This document shows positions 56,733 through 64,000 of a stretch of DNA of 64,000 nucleotides, one piece after another (positions within the stretch are counted from its first letter, which is position 1; every line of letters starts with the position of its first letter). The stretch spans positions 2,217,990 to 2,281,989 of the forward strand of contig OZ243042.1 in the NCBI GenBank assembly GCA_965212085.1, in the 5' to 3' direction. The stretch is from Candidatus Poriferihabitaceae bacterium. Its GTDB lineage: Bacteria; Pseudomonadota; Gammaproteobacteria; Arenicellales; Poriferihabitantaceae. A program made the position numbers and the translations under genes. The notes below the pieces were generated by a model. It ran no database searches. It saw nothing but the letters and a program-made list of their open reading frames with translations, and was not told the origin of the DNA.

Positions 56733-57512
56733 TTATGAGTTGGACTGTTTTGTAATCGTTAAAAATATCCACCCCAAGAGATCATCCGTCTTTGGCATAA
56801 TAAAAAATCGAGTCGCATAGTTTTTATTTTTAAAATACTCCGCATACTGCCAAACATCACGTTGCCTGATATCTTCAATAACATAGACTCCATGATCAGT
56901 TAATCGGTCAATCACATTTTCAAACAAGGTAATACCCGCATGATATCTATGTAAGCCATCGTCAATCACAATATCAAACTTGCGGTCGGGTATTTGATTT
57001 AAGAATTGCTTAATACTTTGCGCGTTAGTTTGGTCGCATTGGTAAGTTTCAATTCGCTCATCGGTAAATAAGCAATTTGAATCAATATCAATTCCGGTGA
57101 TTGTTGCGTTGGCGAAATATTCCCGCCACATTCTTAAACTCGGGCCAAGCGAATTTTCATTGCTATCTTTTGGATTAATTCCATCCCGCCTGTCCAATGT
57201 TGCAATGCCACACTCAAGTAAATGCTCTATATTGTTGCGACTTTGAGAGAATAACAAATCATAAACGCTTGCATAGTCGTGGGTATATCCCCGGCGTTTG
57301 CCGAAATTGTGCGTTGCTATATCGGTATGCCCTTTGTCTGTGCCGTGCTTTTGGCAAAGCTTATGCAAATCGGTGTGGTGGTCTGCAAATGACGCAATGC
57401 CGACCATATTATTAACCCCGTGTTTTTTTAAACCACGCCTTGCAAAAGAATGGCGATATTTAACAGAGTGCTTGGTAAGTCCAAATCGTGGGTCAAATGG
57501 ATTAAGTTTCAT
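56733..57512 (-). CDS. class I SAM-dependent methyltransferase
   Basis: Start at MKLNPFDPRF (ATG 57512). Motifs LLECGIA, ITGIDID, FDIVIDDGLH and GVYVIEDI. Confidence 0.7.
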   Translation of the reverse strand: MKLNPFDPRFGLTKHSVKYRHSFARRGLKKHGVNNMVGIASFADHHTDLHKLCQKHGTDKGHTDIATHNFGKRRGYTHDYASVYDLLFSQSRNNIEHLLECGIATLDRRDGINPKDSNENSLGPSLRMWREYFANATITGIDIDSNCLFTDERIETYQCDQTNAQSIKQFLNQIPDRKFDIVIDDGLHRYHAGITLFENVIDRLTDHGVYVIEDIRQRDVWQYAEYFKNKNYATRFFIMPKTDDLLGWIFLTITKQSNS

Positions 57513-57709
57513 TTCAATTCTCGGTTTTCGATTATGCGTGTATTTTAGCACAGCCAACACACTGTCAGTGTCGATTTTATCCGAAATCCGGTTCGAATCT
57601 CATCATACAACAACCAATCCAGCAAGGGTATTAGGAAGTTAAGCACATCCAATAGGGGCTAACTTTATGATATATCACTAAAAACAGGTATTATCGCTGT
57701 TCTCGAATC

Positions 57710-57933
57710 AGGGGCAGGTGCGACCTGCCCCTACGCCACCGCTTAGCCACTTCCTTACGCCCACGTCGTCATTCCCGAACGATAGAAAAATAAGGAGCGC
57801 CAGCGACTATATTTTTCATCGTATCGGGAATCCAGTTTTATATGGTTCGGCGGGGCGCAGTCATGCGACTGGATTCCCGAGTACGCAAGTGTCCGTAAGC
57901 CGCTAACGCGACAACGGACACTAACGCTCGGGA
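57710..57933. repeat. Mosaic intergenic repeat array R5 (D hairpin, unit A forward, unit B reverse truncated by the IS)
   Basis: Hairpin AGGGGCAGGTGCGACCTGCCCCT lies at 57710-57732, and unit A starts at 57768. Unit B ends at ...CTAACGCTCGGGA (57933), where intact copies continue ATGACGGC. Confidence 0.9.
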
Positions 57934-57949
57934 GTATCTGTGTTCAAAG

Positions 57950-58909
57950 TCAAGTTTTTAATGGCGCCGAGGGGTAGTTTTCGACCCACGGCGTACCTCG
58001 GCGGATAATCGCGTGGCTCAGCAACAGCATCTTGCGCATTACCGCCACCAGCGCCACCTTGCCCGGCTTGCCGCGCTTGCACAGGCCCTGGTAAAAACGC
58101 CGCATGTCGCGGTCGTAACGGATCGCCGACAGCGCCGGCATATACAACGCCTGGCGCGCCGCCCCGCGTCCGCCGCGGATGCTGCGCTTGCCGTGGTACT
58201 GCCCGCTGTCGCGCGCCCACGGCGCCAGGCCGACCAGCGAGGTCAAGGTATGGCCGGAGCCTTCGCCCAATTCCGGCAGGTGGCCGAGCAACGCCGCCGC
58301 CGAAACCTGGCCGATGCCTTTGATGCTTTGTAAAAGCGCCGCACGCTCGGCCAGTTTGCCACTGCTCAAGGCCTGGGCGATGGCCTTATCTATGGCCGTA
58401 ATCTCGCGGTTCAGCCACTCAATGTGGCGGCGGCAGGATCGCACGGCAAGGAGCGAAGGCCGCTTCTCCACGCGGTTCAACTCCTGGATACGCTGATCCA
58501 CTAACTGCCGCCGACGCTCGGTTAGACCGCGCAAATGCTGGACTTCCGGGTCCACGGCAACCACCGCCGGCAAGGCCATCTGCTCGCCATATGCGCACAG
58601 CATGCGGGCATCCCAGGAGTCGGTCTTGGCTCCGATGCCGGCGGCGCGGGCGAACGCACGCGCCCTCGGCGGATGCGCCTGGCAGGCCTCAATATCGGTT
58701 GCCAGCAAGGCTTGAAGCAAACCTCGCTCGTAGCCGCCACTGGCTTCGAACACCGCCCGCGTAACGCCGCCGGCGCGCAGCCAGCGAAGCAACCGCGCAA
58801 TGCCACCGGCGGTGTTATCAAAACCTTTGGCCGTAGCGCCTGATATGGACGCATCGAGCCGATGTTTGCCGACGTCAATGCCGGCGACTATTTTCTTTTC
58901 AGGTTTCAT
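57950..58909 (-). CDS. IS110 family transposase
   Basis: MKPEKKIVAGIDVGKHRLD is the DEDD N-terminal domain. SIKGIGQVSAAALLGHLPELG and GKRSIRGGRGAARQALYMPALSAIRYD are the C-terminal IS116/IS110/IS902 domain. The ORF-track N-terminal extension to 59254 runs out of the element and is rejected. Confidence 0.9.
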   Translation of the reverse strand: MKPEKKIVAGIDVGKHRLDASISGATAKGFDNTAGGIARLLRWLRAGGVTRAVFEASGGYERGLLQALLATDIEACQAHPPRARAFARAAGIGAKTDSWDARMLCAYGEQMALPAVVAVDPEVQHLRGLTERRRQLVDQRIQELNRVEKRPSLLAVRSCRRHIEWLNREITAIDKAIAQALSSGKLAERAALLQSIKGIGQVSAAALLGHLPELGEGSGHTLTSLVGLAPWARDSGQYHGKRSIRGGRGAARQALYMPALSAIRYDRDMRRFYQGLCKRGKPGKVALVAVMRKMLLLSHAIIRRGTPWVENYPSAPLKT

Positions 58910-59126
58910 TTTATGTCTCCGAATGAGTATGATGTGATCGCACTGCACACTTGTATCCGGGGCTTGTTCCCCCCATGTATCTGTTCGCAGCTGCAAATCG
59001 GCGTGAGGGGTGTCGAACTCCCGAACGGCGCGAAAGCCATACTGGTTTTCCGCCCAATGACAGACGACGCGCCCCTCACGCCTCCCCCGCAAACTGGCCT
59101 GAATGCGGGGGAAAATCAACATACAA
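58910..59126 (-). ncRNA. candidate IS110 bridge RNA in the 5' non-coding end of the element
   Basis: On the minus strand there is a hairpin CCCCGC...GCGGGG (59085-59110). An 11-bp stem GGCGTGAGGGG/CCCCTCACGCC (59072-59082 with 59000-59010) encloses a 61-nt loop with an inner hairpin. A second internal loop surrounds GGGG..CCCC (58961-58975). Loop segments match the insertion-site flanks and the element ends (see findings). Confidence 0.5.
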
Positions 59127-59420
59127 ATGACGGCGGAGTTGTTGCCATGTTCTTCGGTGCCATACCCGCATTTGCGGGTAGTAGGGGCAGGTCGCGACCT
59201 GCCCCCGTCACCGCTTAGCCGCTTCCTTTGCTCTTCCTTACGCCTTTGCGTCATTTCCGAACGATAGAAAAATAAGGAGCGCCAGCGACTATATTTTTCA
59301 TCGTATCGGGAATCCAGTTTTATATGGTTCGGCGGGTCGCAGTCATGCGACTGGATTCCCGAGTACGCAAGTATCCGTAACCCGCCAACGCAACAACGGA
59401 CACTAACGCTCGCGAATGAC
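59127..59420. repeat. Mosaic intergenic repeat array R6 (tail of the interrupted unit B, then a second complete D-A-B composite)
   Basis: The array starts ATGACGGCGGAGTTGTTGCCATGTTCTTCGGTGCCATACCCGCATTTGCGGGTA. It continues with hairpin AGGGGCAGGTCGCGACCTGCCCC and unit A (GTCATTTCCGAACGATAG...). Unit B in reverse ends CGCTCGCGAATGAC at 59420. Confidence 0.9.
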
Positions 59421-59506
59421 GGCGTAGAATAAAAAATTTGCCAGCGAAATAGCGAATATGTACGGGACTGACGAACAGCTAGTGAGACAGTGATTGTTTC
59501 CCAAAC

Positions 59507-60601
59507 CTACACGTTAAACCGAAAGTGCATTACATCGCCGTCGCGGACCGTGTAGTCCTTGCCTTCAAGGCGCAGGCGGCCGGCTTCTCTTGCGCCTTGT
59601 TCGCCGTGGTAGCGAATGTAGTCTTCAAAGGCGGTGGTTTCGGCGCGAATAAATCCTTTTTCAAAGTCGCCGTGGATGACGCCCGCGGCTTGCGGGGCGC
59701 GGGCGCCGACCGGCACCGTCCACGCGCGCACTTCTTTGGGGCCGGCGGTGAAGTAGGTATGCAGTCCGAGCAGCGAGTAGCCGGCGCGGATCAGGCGGTT
59801 GAGGCCGGCTTCCCGCCAGCCCATTTCTTCGAGGAACAACAGCCCTTCGCGCTCGCTGAGTTCCGACAACTCCTGCTCAATGGCGGCGCAGATGGCCACT
59901 ACTTGGGCGTTTTCCTCGGCGGCGATTTTTTCGATGGCGGCGAGGCGCGGGTTGTCCGCCGGGCCGTCTTCGCTGAGGTTGGCGATGTACACGGTCGGCT
60001 TGGCGGTGAGAAAACACAGCGGTTTCAAGTGTTGCCGTTGATGCTCGTCCAGGGTCATGGCACGCACCGGTTCGCCGCGGTCGAGGTGCGCCTTTGCTTC
60101 GGCGAACAAGTCCCGCAACTCTATCGCCTGCTTGTCGCCGGCTTTGCTTTGGTTGGTCGCGCGTTGCAATGCTTTGTCCGCGGTTTCCATATCCGCCAGC
60201 AGCAGTTCGGTGTTGATGGTTTCAATGTCGGCGGCCGGGTCAACGGCACCCGGAACGTGGGTGACGGCGCTGTCTTCAAAGGCCCGCACCACGTGGGCGA
60301 TGGCGTCCACTTCGCGGATGTGGGCGAGGAAGCGGTTGCCGAGGCCCTCGCCCTGGGATGCCCCGGCCACCAGCCCGGCGATGTCAACGAACTCCATGGC
60401 GGCGGGGATGACCTTCTGCGGTTTGACCAGGGCCGCGAGTTGCGCGAGCCGCGGGTCGGGCACTGCCACCATGCCGACATTGGGGTCAATGGTGCAAAAG
60501 GCGTAGTTGGCGGCCTCGGCGGCGCGGGATTTGGTGAGCGCGTTGAAGAGGGTGGATTTGCCGACGTTGGGCAGGCCGACGATGCCGCATTTAAAACCCA
60601 C
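59507..60601 (-). CDS. ychF: redox-regulated ATPase YchF
   Basis: [23 protein letters not shown] and a C-terminal TGS-like domain ([13 protein letters not shown]). Confidence 0.95.
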   Translation of the reverse strand: MGFKCGIVGLPNVGKSTLFNALTKSRAAEAANYAFCTIDPNVGMVAVPDPRLAQLAALVKPQKVIPAAMEFVDIAGLVAGASQGEGLGNRFLAHIREVDAIAHVVRAFEDSAVTHVPGAVDPAADIETINTELLLADMETADKALQRATNQSKAGDKQAIELRDLFAEAKAHLDRGEPVRAMTLDEHQRQHLKPLCFLTAKPTVYIANLSEDGPADNPRLAAIEKIAAEENAQVVAICAAIEQELSELSEREGLLFLEEMGWREAGLNRLIRAGYSLLGLHTYFTAGPKEVRAWTVPVGARAPQAAGVIHGDFEKGFIRAETTAFEDYIRYHGEQGAREAGRLRLEGKDYTVRDGDVMHFRFNV

Positions 60602-60603
60602 GG

Positions 60604-61200
60604 TCAGGTTCCATTCTGCGCTTCACCGTGCAGCCGGGTCATGGCGGCGTCGAAATTTCCGGCGATGACGTCGTCAAGCACATCAAGGGCGCGCGCCGTG
60701 GCCTTTTCGATGCGCAGTTGATCGCCGGCGTCGGGGCGGTTCAGCACGTAGGCGGAGACGTCCCGCTCCGGGCCGGGGTGGCCGATGCCGATGCGCAGGC
60801 GCGGGAAGTCGCGGCTACCGAGGCGGGCGATGAGGTCGCGCAGTCCGTTGTGGCCGCCGTGACCGCCGGACGCCTTGAGGCGGACGGCGCCGGGCGCGAG
60901 GTCGAGTTCGTCGTGTATCACCAGAATTTGCCCGGGCGGTATTCGGTAAAAGGCGGCCAGGGGCGCGACCGCTTGGCCGCTCAGGTTCATCAGGGTGGCG
61001 GGGGCCATGACGCGCACCGTGCGGCCGTCCACGGTGAAGCCGCCGACCTCGGCCTTGAAGCGTGACTCAACGGCGAGGCGGAAACCCTTTGCGGCCTGCA
61101 AACGCTCAATGAAGCGAAAGCCGGCGTTGTGCCGGGTGGCGGCGTAGCGGCTGCCCGGGTTGCCAAGCCCGGCAATCAGGGCGATGCCCGATTGCGCCAT
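60604..61200 (-). CDS. pth: peptidyl-tRNA hydrolase
   Basis: [21 protein letters not shown] and HGGHNGLRD motifs. Confidence 0.95.
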   Translation of the reverse strand: MAQSGIALIAGLGNPGSRYAATRHNAGFRFIERLQAAKGFRLAVESRFKAEVGGFTVDGRTVRVMAPATLMNLSGQAVAPLAAFYRIPPGQILVIHDELDLAPGAVRLKASGGHGGHNGLRDLIARLGSRDFPRLRIGIGHPGPERDVSAYVLNRPDAGDQLRIEKATARALDVLDDVIAGNFDAAMTRLHGEAQNGT

Positions 61201-61259
61201 CGGTGTGGGGATGCGGGATGCGGGTTGGAGGGCGGAGGGCGGATGGCCGGACTCGCGCC

Positions 61260-62018
61260 TTAGTCGCCTTTGCCGTCGCCTTTGCCGTCGCCTTTGCCGT
61301 CGCCTTTGCCGTCGCCCTTGCCGGATTCGCCGCCGGCGTCAGCGGCGGTCTCTGCGTCTCCCTCGCCGGCTTCGGCTGCGGCCACGGCTTCAGCCTCTTC
61401 CGCTTCGGCCTCCTCTTCTTCGATGAGGCTGACCTTGGGCGGCAGCACCGCGACCACGGCGTGGTCGTGTTCGTTGTTTTCGTCGTACATCAGGGTGGTG
61501 ATGTTGACGCCTTCGGGAAGTTTGATGTCGGAGAGGTGCAGGGAGTCGTTGAGGTCGAGGGCCGAGACGTCTAGTTGCAGCGATTCCGGCAGGTCTTTGG
61601 GCAGGCAGGAAATCTCCACCTCGGTCATCAGGTGGGAGATGATGCCGGCGGCGGTTCTGACGCCGAGGCATTCCTCTTCGCCGCTGAAGTGGATGGGCAG
61701 CGACATGGTCAGCACCTTGCGGTCGTCAACGCGCTGGAAATCCGCGTGCAGGATGCCGGTCTTGTGGGGATGGCGCACGACGTCGCGCAGGATCGCCTGC
61801 TCCTTGTTGCCGTCGGTGTTGATGACGATGATGGCGGAATGAAATTCCTCCTTCTCGAGGCTGTGAAACAGCACGTCGTGATTGATGGCGATGCTGATGT
61901 TTTCCTTGCCGCCGCCGTATAAAACCGCCGGCACGTCGCCTTCGCGGCGCAAGCGGCGCACCAGCGCGGTGCCGGAGCGGGCGCGGGTTCGGGCAATCAG
62001 TTCAAATTGGTCGCTCAT
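61260..62018 (-). CDS. rplY: 50S ribosomal protein L25 / general stress protein Ctc, with an acidic low-complexity C-terminal tail
   Basis: The Ctc-form L25 N-terminal and central domains (RRLRREGDVPAVLYGGG ... LHADFQRV) are followed by EEEEAEAEEAEA... and (GKGD)5. Confidence 0.9.
   Translation of the reverse strand: MSDQFELIARTRARSGTALVRRLRREGDVPAVLYGGGKENISIAINHDVLFHSLEKEEFHSAIIVINTDGNKEQAILRDVVRHPHKTGILHADFQRVDDRKVLTMSLPIHFSGEEECLGVRTAAGIISHLMTEVEISCLPKDLPESLQLDVSALDLNDSLHLSDIKLPEGVNITTLMYDENNEHDHAVVAVLPPKVSLIEEEEAEAEEAEAVAAAEAGEGDAETAADAGGESGKGDGKGDGKGDGKGDGKGD
61263..61322. repeat. 12-bp tandem repeat x5 (GTCGCCTTTGCC) encoding (GKGD)5 at the C-terminus of L25
   Basis: Four perfect copies and one copy with a single substitution, read directly. 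In frame, immediately before the stop codon. Confidence 0.95.
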
Positions 62019-62055
62019 TTTTCTGTCCTCAAAAAAAAAAAGAAAAAAATTGGTA

Positions 62056-63006
62056 TTAGTCGATAAAAAGGCTGCTGATGGAATCGCCGGTGGAGATGCG
62101 GCGGATGGATTCGGCCAGCAGTTCGGCGACGCTCGACTGCTTGATCATCGCGCATTCGCGGGCCTGCGGGGCGAGCGGGATGGAGTTGGTCACCAGCAGT
62201 TCGTCGAGCTGCGATGCTTTGATGCGCTTGACCGCGTCTCCGGACAGCACCGGGTGGGTGCAGCACGCCAGCACCTTGACCGCGCCTTGTTTTTTCAACG
62301 CCCCGGCGGCCTCGCACAAGGTGTTGGCGGTGTCCACCATGTCGTCAATCAGGATGCACGAGCGGCCCTTGACCTTGCCGATGATGTGCATCACCTTGGC
62401 CTCGTTGGTGCGCGGGCGGCGCTTGTCAATGATCGCGAGGTCGGTCTCCAGTTGCTTGGCCATGGCGCGGGCGCGCACCACGCCGCCGACGTCGGGGGAG
62501 ACCACGATGGGGTTGGGCAGTTGTTTCCGCCACAGTTCGCTCATCAGCACCGGCGAGGCGTAGATGTTGTCGGTCGGTATGTCGAAAAACCCCTGAATCT
62601 GATCGGCGTGCAGGTCAATGGTCAGCACCCGGTCGGCGCCGGCGACGCTGATCATGGAGGCCGCCAGTTTGGCCGAAATCGCCACCCGTGCGGTGCGCGG
62701 ACGGCGGTCCTGCCGGGCGTAGCCGAAATACGGCACCACCGCGGTAATCCGGCCCGCCGACGAGCGCTTGATGGCGTCCATCATCACCAGCAGTTCCATG
62801 AGGTTGTCGTTGCTCGGCGCGCAGGTCGGCTGGACCACAAACACGTCCTGGCCGCGCACGTTTTCCATCACCTCAACGTTGACCTCGCCGTCGCTGAACC
62901 GCCCCACCAGCGCCCGCCCCAGGGGGATGCCGAGGCACTGCACGATTTCATTGGCCAGTTCCGGGTTGGCATTCCCGGCAAATACCGCCAGATTATCCGG
63001 AGACAC
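62056..63006 (-). CDS. prs: ribose-phosphate pyrophosphokinase
   Basis: [11 protein letters not shown] and [13 protein letters not shown] motifs. Confidence 0.95.
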   Translation of the reverse strand: MSPDNLAVFAGNANPELANEIVQCLGIPLGRALVGRFSDGEVNVEVMENVRGQDVFVVQPTCAPSNDNLMELLVMMDAIKRSSAGRITAVVPYFGYARQDRRPRTARVAISAKLAASMISVAGADRVLTIDLHADQIQGFFDIPTDNIYASPVLMSELWRKQLPNPIVVSPDVGGVVRARAMAKQLETDLAIIDKRRPRTNEAKVMHIIGKVKGRSCILIDDMVDTANTLCEAAGALKKQGAVKVLACCTHPVLSGDAVKRIKASQLDELLVTNSIPLAPQARECAMIKQSSVAELLAESIRRISTGDSISSLFID

Positions 63007-63064
63007 GGCGCGTCCTCCTCAGGGCAAGGGCGCCCAAGACCAGAACGATCAGGGCGCAGGGCAG

Positions 63065-63142
63065 TGGCTGGGGTGGGAGGATTCGAACCTCCGAAATGCC
63101 GGAATCAAAATCCGGTGCCTTGGACCACTTGGCTACACCCCA
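63065..63142 (-). tRNA. tRNA-Gln (anticodon TTG)
   Basis: The reverse complement reads TGGGGTGTAGCCAAGTGGTCCAAGGCACCGGATTTTGATTCCGGCATTTCGGAGGTTCGAATCCTCCCACCCCAGCCA. It has a 7-bp acceptor stem, anticodon stem CCGGA/TCCGG with loop TTTTGAT, T-arm GGAGG-TTCGAAT-CCTCC, and an encoded CCA. Confidence 0.9.
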
Positions 63143-63251
63143 AAATTGTAGAAATATCAACTTGATAAATACCATACCTAATGCACTCCACTCAATCGCG
63201 CACAGGACATCCCCGCGGGCGTTTCGGGTCACACTCGGCTAATTCAGGTTC

Positions 63252-63284
63252 AATCGGAAACAAATCGGAAACAAATCGGAAACG
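63252..63284. repeat. 11-bp tandem repeat x3 (AATCGGAAACA)
   Basis: Read directly in the intergenic region between tRNA-Gln and the ABC permease gene. Confidence 0.9.
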
Positions 63285-63467
63285 GTTTGGAGCGGCCTCG
63301 GCCTGACCGTCGAAAAGTCGCGCTATTGTGATTGCACGGCGGTATGGTGTCAATGGATAATCGTTGATGGCCTGCCGATGGCAAAACCGGGCTGCGTGGA
63401 AGGAGAGGTTGAATCAGGGCGGCAAAAAGGGCGTTGGGTCAGGATCGCAAGGCGGTGTTTTCCGGCG

Positions 63468-64000
63468 CTAACGCGTAGTAGCGGATTTTCCGAATACTTG
63501 GGCGATGACCAGTGCCGCCGAGGAGATGATGATCATGACGGTGGAGATGGCGGCGATGGTCGGGTCAATCTGGTCGCGCAGGGCGAGGAACATGCTGCGG
63601 GTGATGGTGGACATGTTGCCGCCGGAGATGAACAGGGCGACGATTACTTCGTCGAATGAAACGATGAACGCCAGTAGCGCGCCGGTGATTACCGAAAAGC
63701 GGATTTGCGGCAGGGTGATGACCAGAAAAGCCCGCAGCCGGGAGGCGCCGAGGCTGCGCGCGACGCGTTCCTGGTTCATGTCGTAACTTCGCAGCCCGGC
63801 GCTGATGACGATCAGCGACATGGGCAGGGCCAGCGCGGAGTGCGCGAGCACCAGCCCGAGCAGGGTGTTGTTGAGGCGCAGGTGGGTGTAGGCGAAGAAT
63901 ACGCCGATGGCGATCAGGATTACCGGCACCATCATCGGCGTTATCAGCAGCACAAAAATATAACGCGCCGCCTTGAGGTTGGAAACGTACAGGCCGTAGG
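63468..64000 (-). CDS. ABC transporter permease (polyamine/opine-type), N-terminus outside window
   Basis: Multi-TM ORF with EAA-type loop (ERVARSLGASRLRAF). The frame stays open to the window edge. Confidence 0.8.
   Translation of the reverse strand, partial: YGLYVSNLKAARYIFVLLITPMMVPVILIAIGVFFAYTHLRLNNTLLGLVLAHSALALPMSLIVISAGLRSYDMNQERVARSLGASRLRAFLVITLPQIRFSVITGALLAFIVSFDEVIVALFISGGNMSTITRSMFLALRDQIDPTIAAISTVMIIISSAALVIAQVFGKSATTR

Larger units (their letters stand above)
57934..59126 (-). mobile_element. IS110-family insertion sequence (about 1.19 kb)
   Basis: The boundaries come from the split repeat: CGCTCGGGA|gtatctg... at 57933/57934 and ...atacaa|ATGACGGCGG at 59126/59127. There are no terminal inverted repeats and at most a 1-nt duplication. 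It encodes a DEDD-type transposase. Confidence 0.85.

Noticed and set aside
57575-57610. GGTTCGAATC motif suggesting a tRNA 3' fragment or att site at the right edge of the glycan island.
   Set aside because: The flanking bases cannot form a T-stem (TCCGG is not matched by CTCAT). No acceptor-stem or CCA context is present, so this is probably a chance match.
58910-59254. N-terminal 115-aa extension of the IS110 transposase ORF (ORF-track start at 59254).
   Set aside because: The extension crosses the element boundary into the host repeat and has no similarity to transposase N-termini. The conserved DEDD domain begins at MKPEKKIVAGIDVGKH (ATG 58909).

Overview
High-GC, gammaproteobacterium-like chromosomal window. 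It is mostly core metabolism, interrupted by three visibly AT-rich accessory islands and six arrays of a mosaic intergenic repeat family. Left to right:
- a partial acetoacetyl-CoA synthetase;
- a long minus-strand operon: HpaB-like monooxygenase, RidA, DUF1028, PhyH dioxygenase, Rieske oxygenase, PotABCD-type amine ABC importer, class-III aminotransferase;
- N-methylglutamate pathway genes mgsABC and gmaS, split by an AT-rich insert carrying an orphan GIY-YIG nuclease;
- a TonB2-type cluster (DUF3450, TtpC-like, ExbB, ExbD, TonB, TPR) plus a TonB-dependent receptor;
- a class-V aminotransferase, DUF2062 and ComEC, and an MFS transporter;
- pyrC'-pyrB-pyrR-ruvX-yqgE;
- a reduced CheW/MCP/CheA module in the Pil-Chp position whose catalytic motifs are degenerate;
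- an IMPase-family gene;
- a decayed type I R-M island: internally deleted hsdM and hsdR, a HEPN protein, an MNT fused in frame to a half hsdS, and an AlbA_2/HATPase protein;
- tkt-gap-pgk;
- an AT-rich glycosyltransferase/methyltransferase island with orphan gene fragments;
- an IS110-family element;
- ychF-pth-rplY-prs-tRNA-Gln and a partial ABC permease.
The strongest observation is the IS110 element. It sits exactly inside the GGGAATGAC terminus of a repeat unit. Its 217-nt 5' non-coding end can be drawn as a two-loop bridge-RNA-like structure whose loop segments match its own target and donor junctions. No CRISPR array, prophage or integrase was seen. All functional calls are from motif recognition by eye, not database searches.
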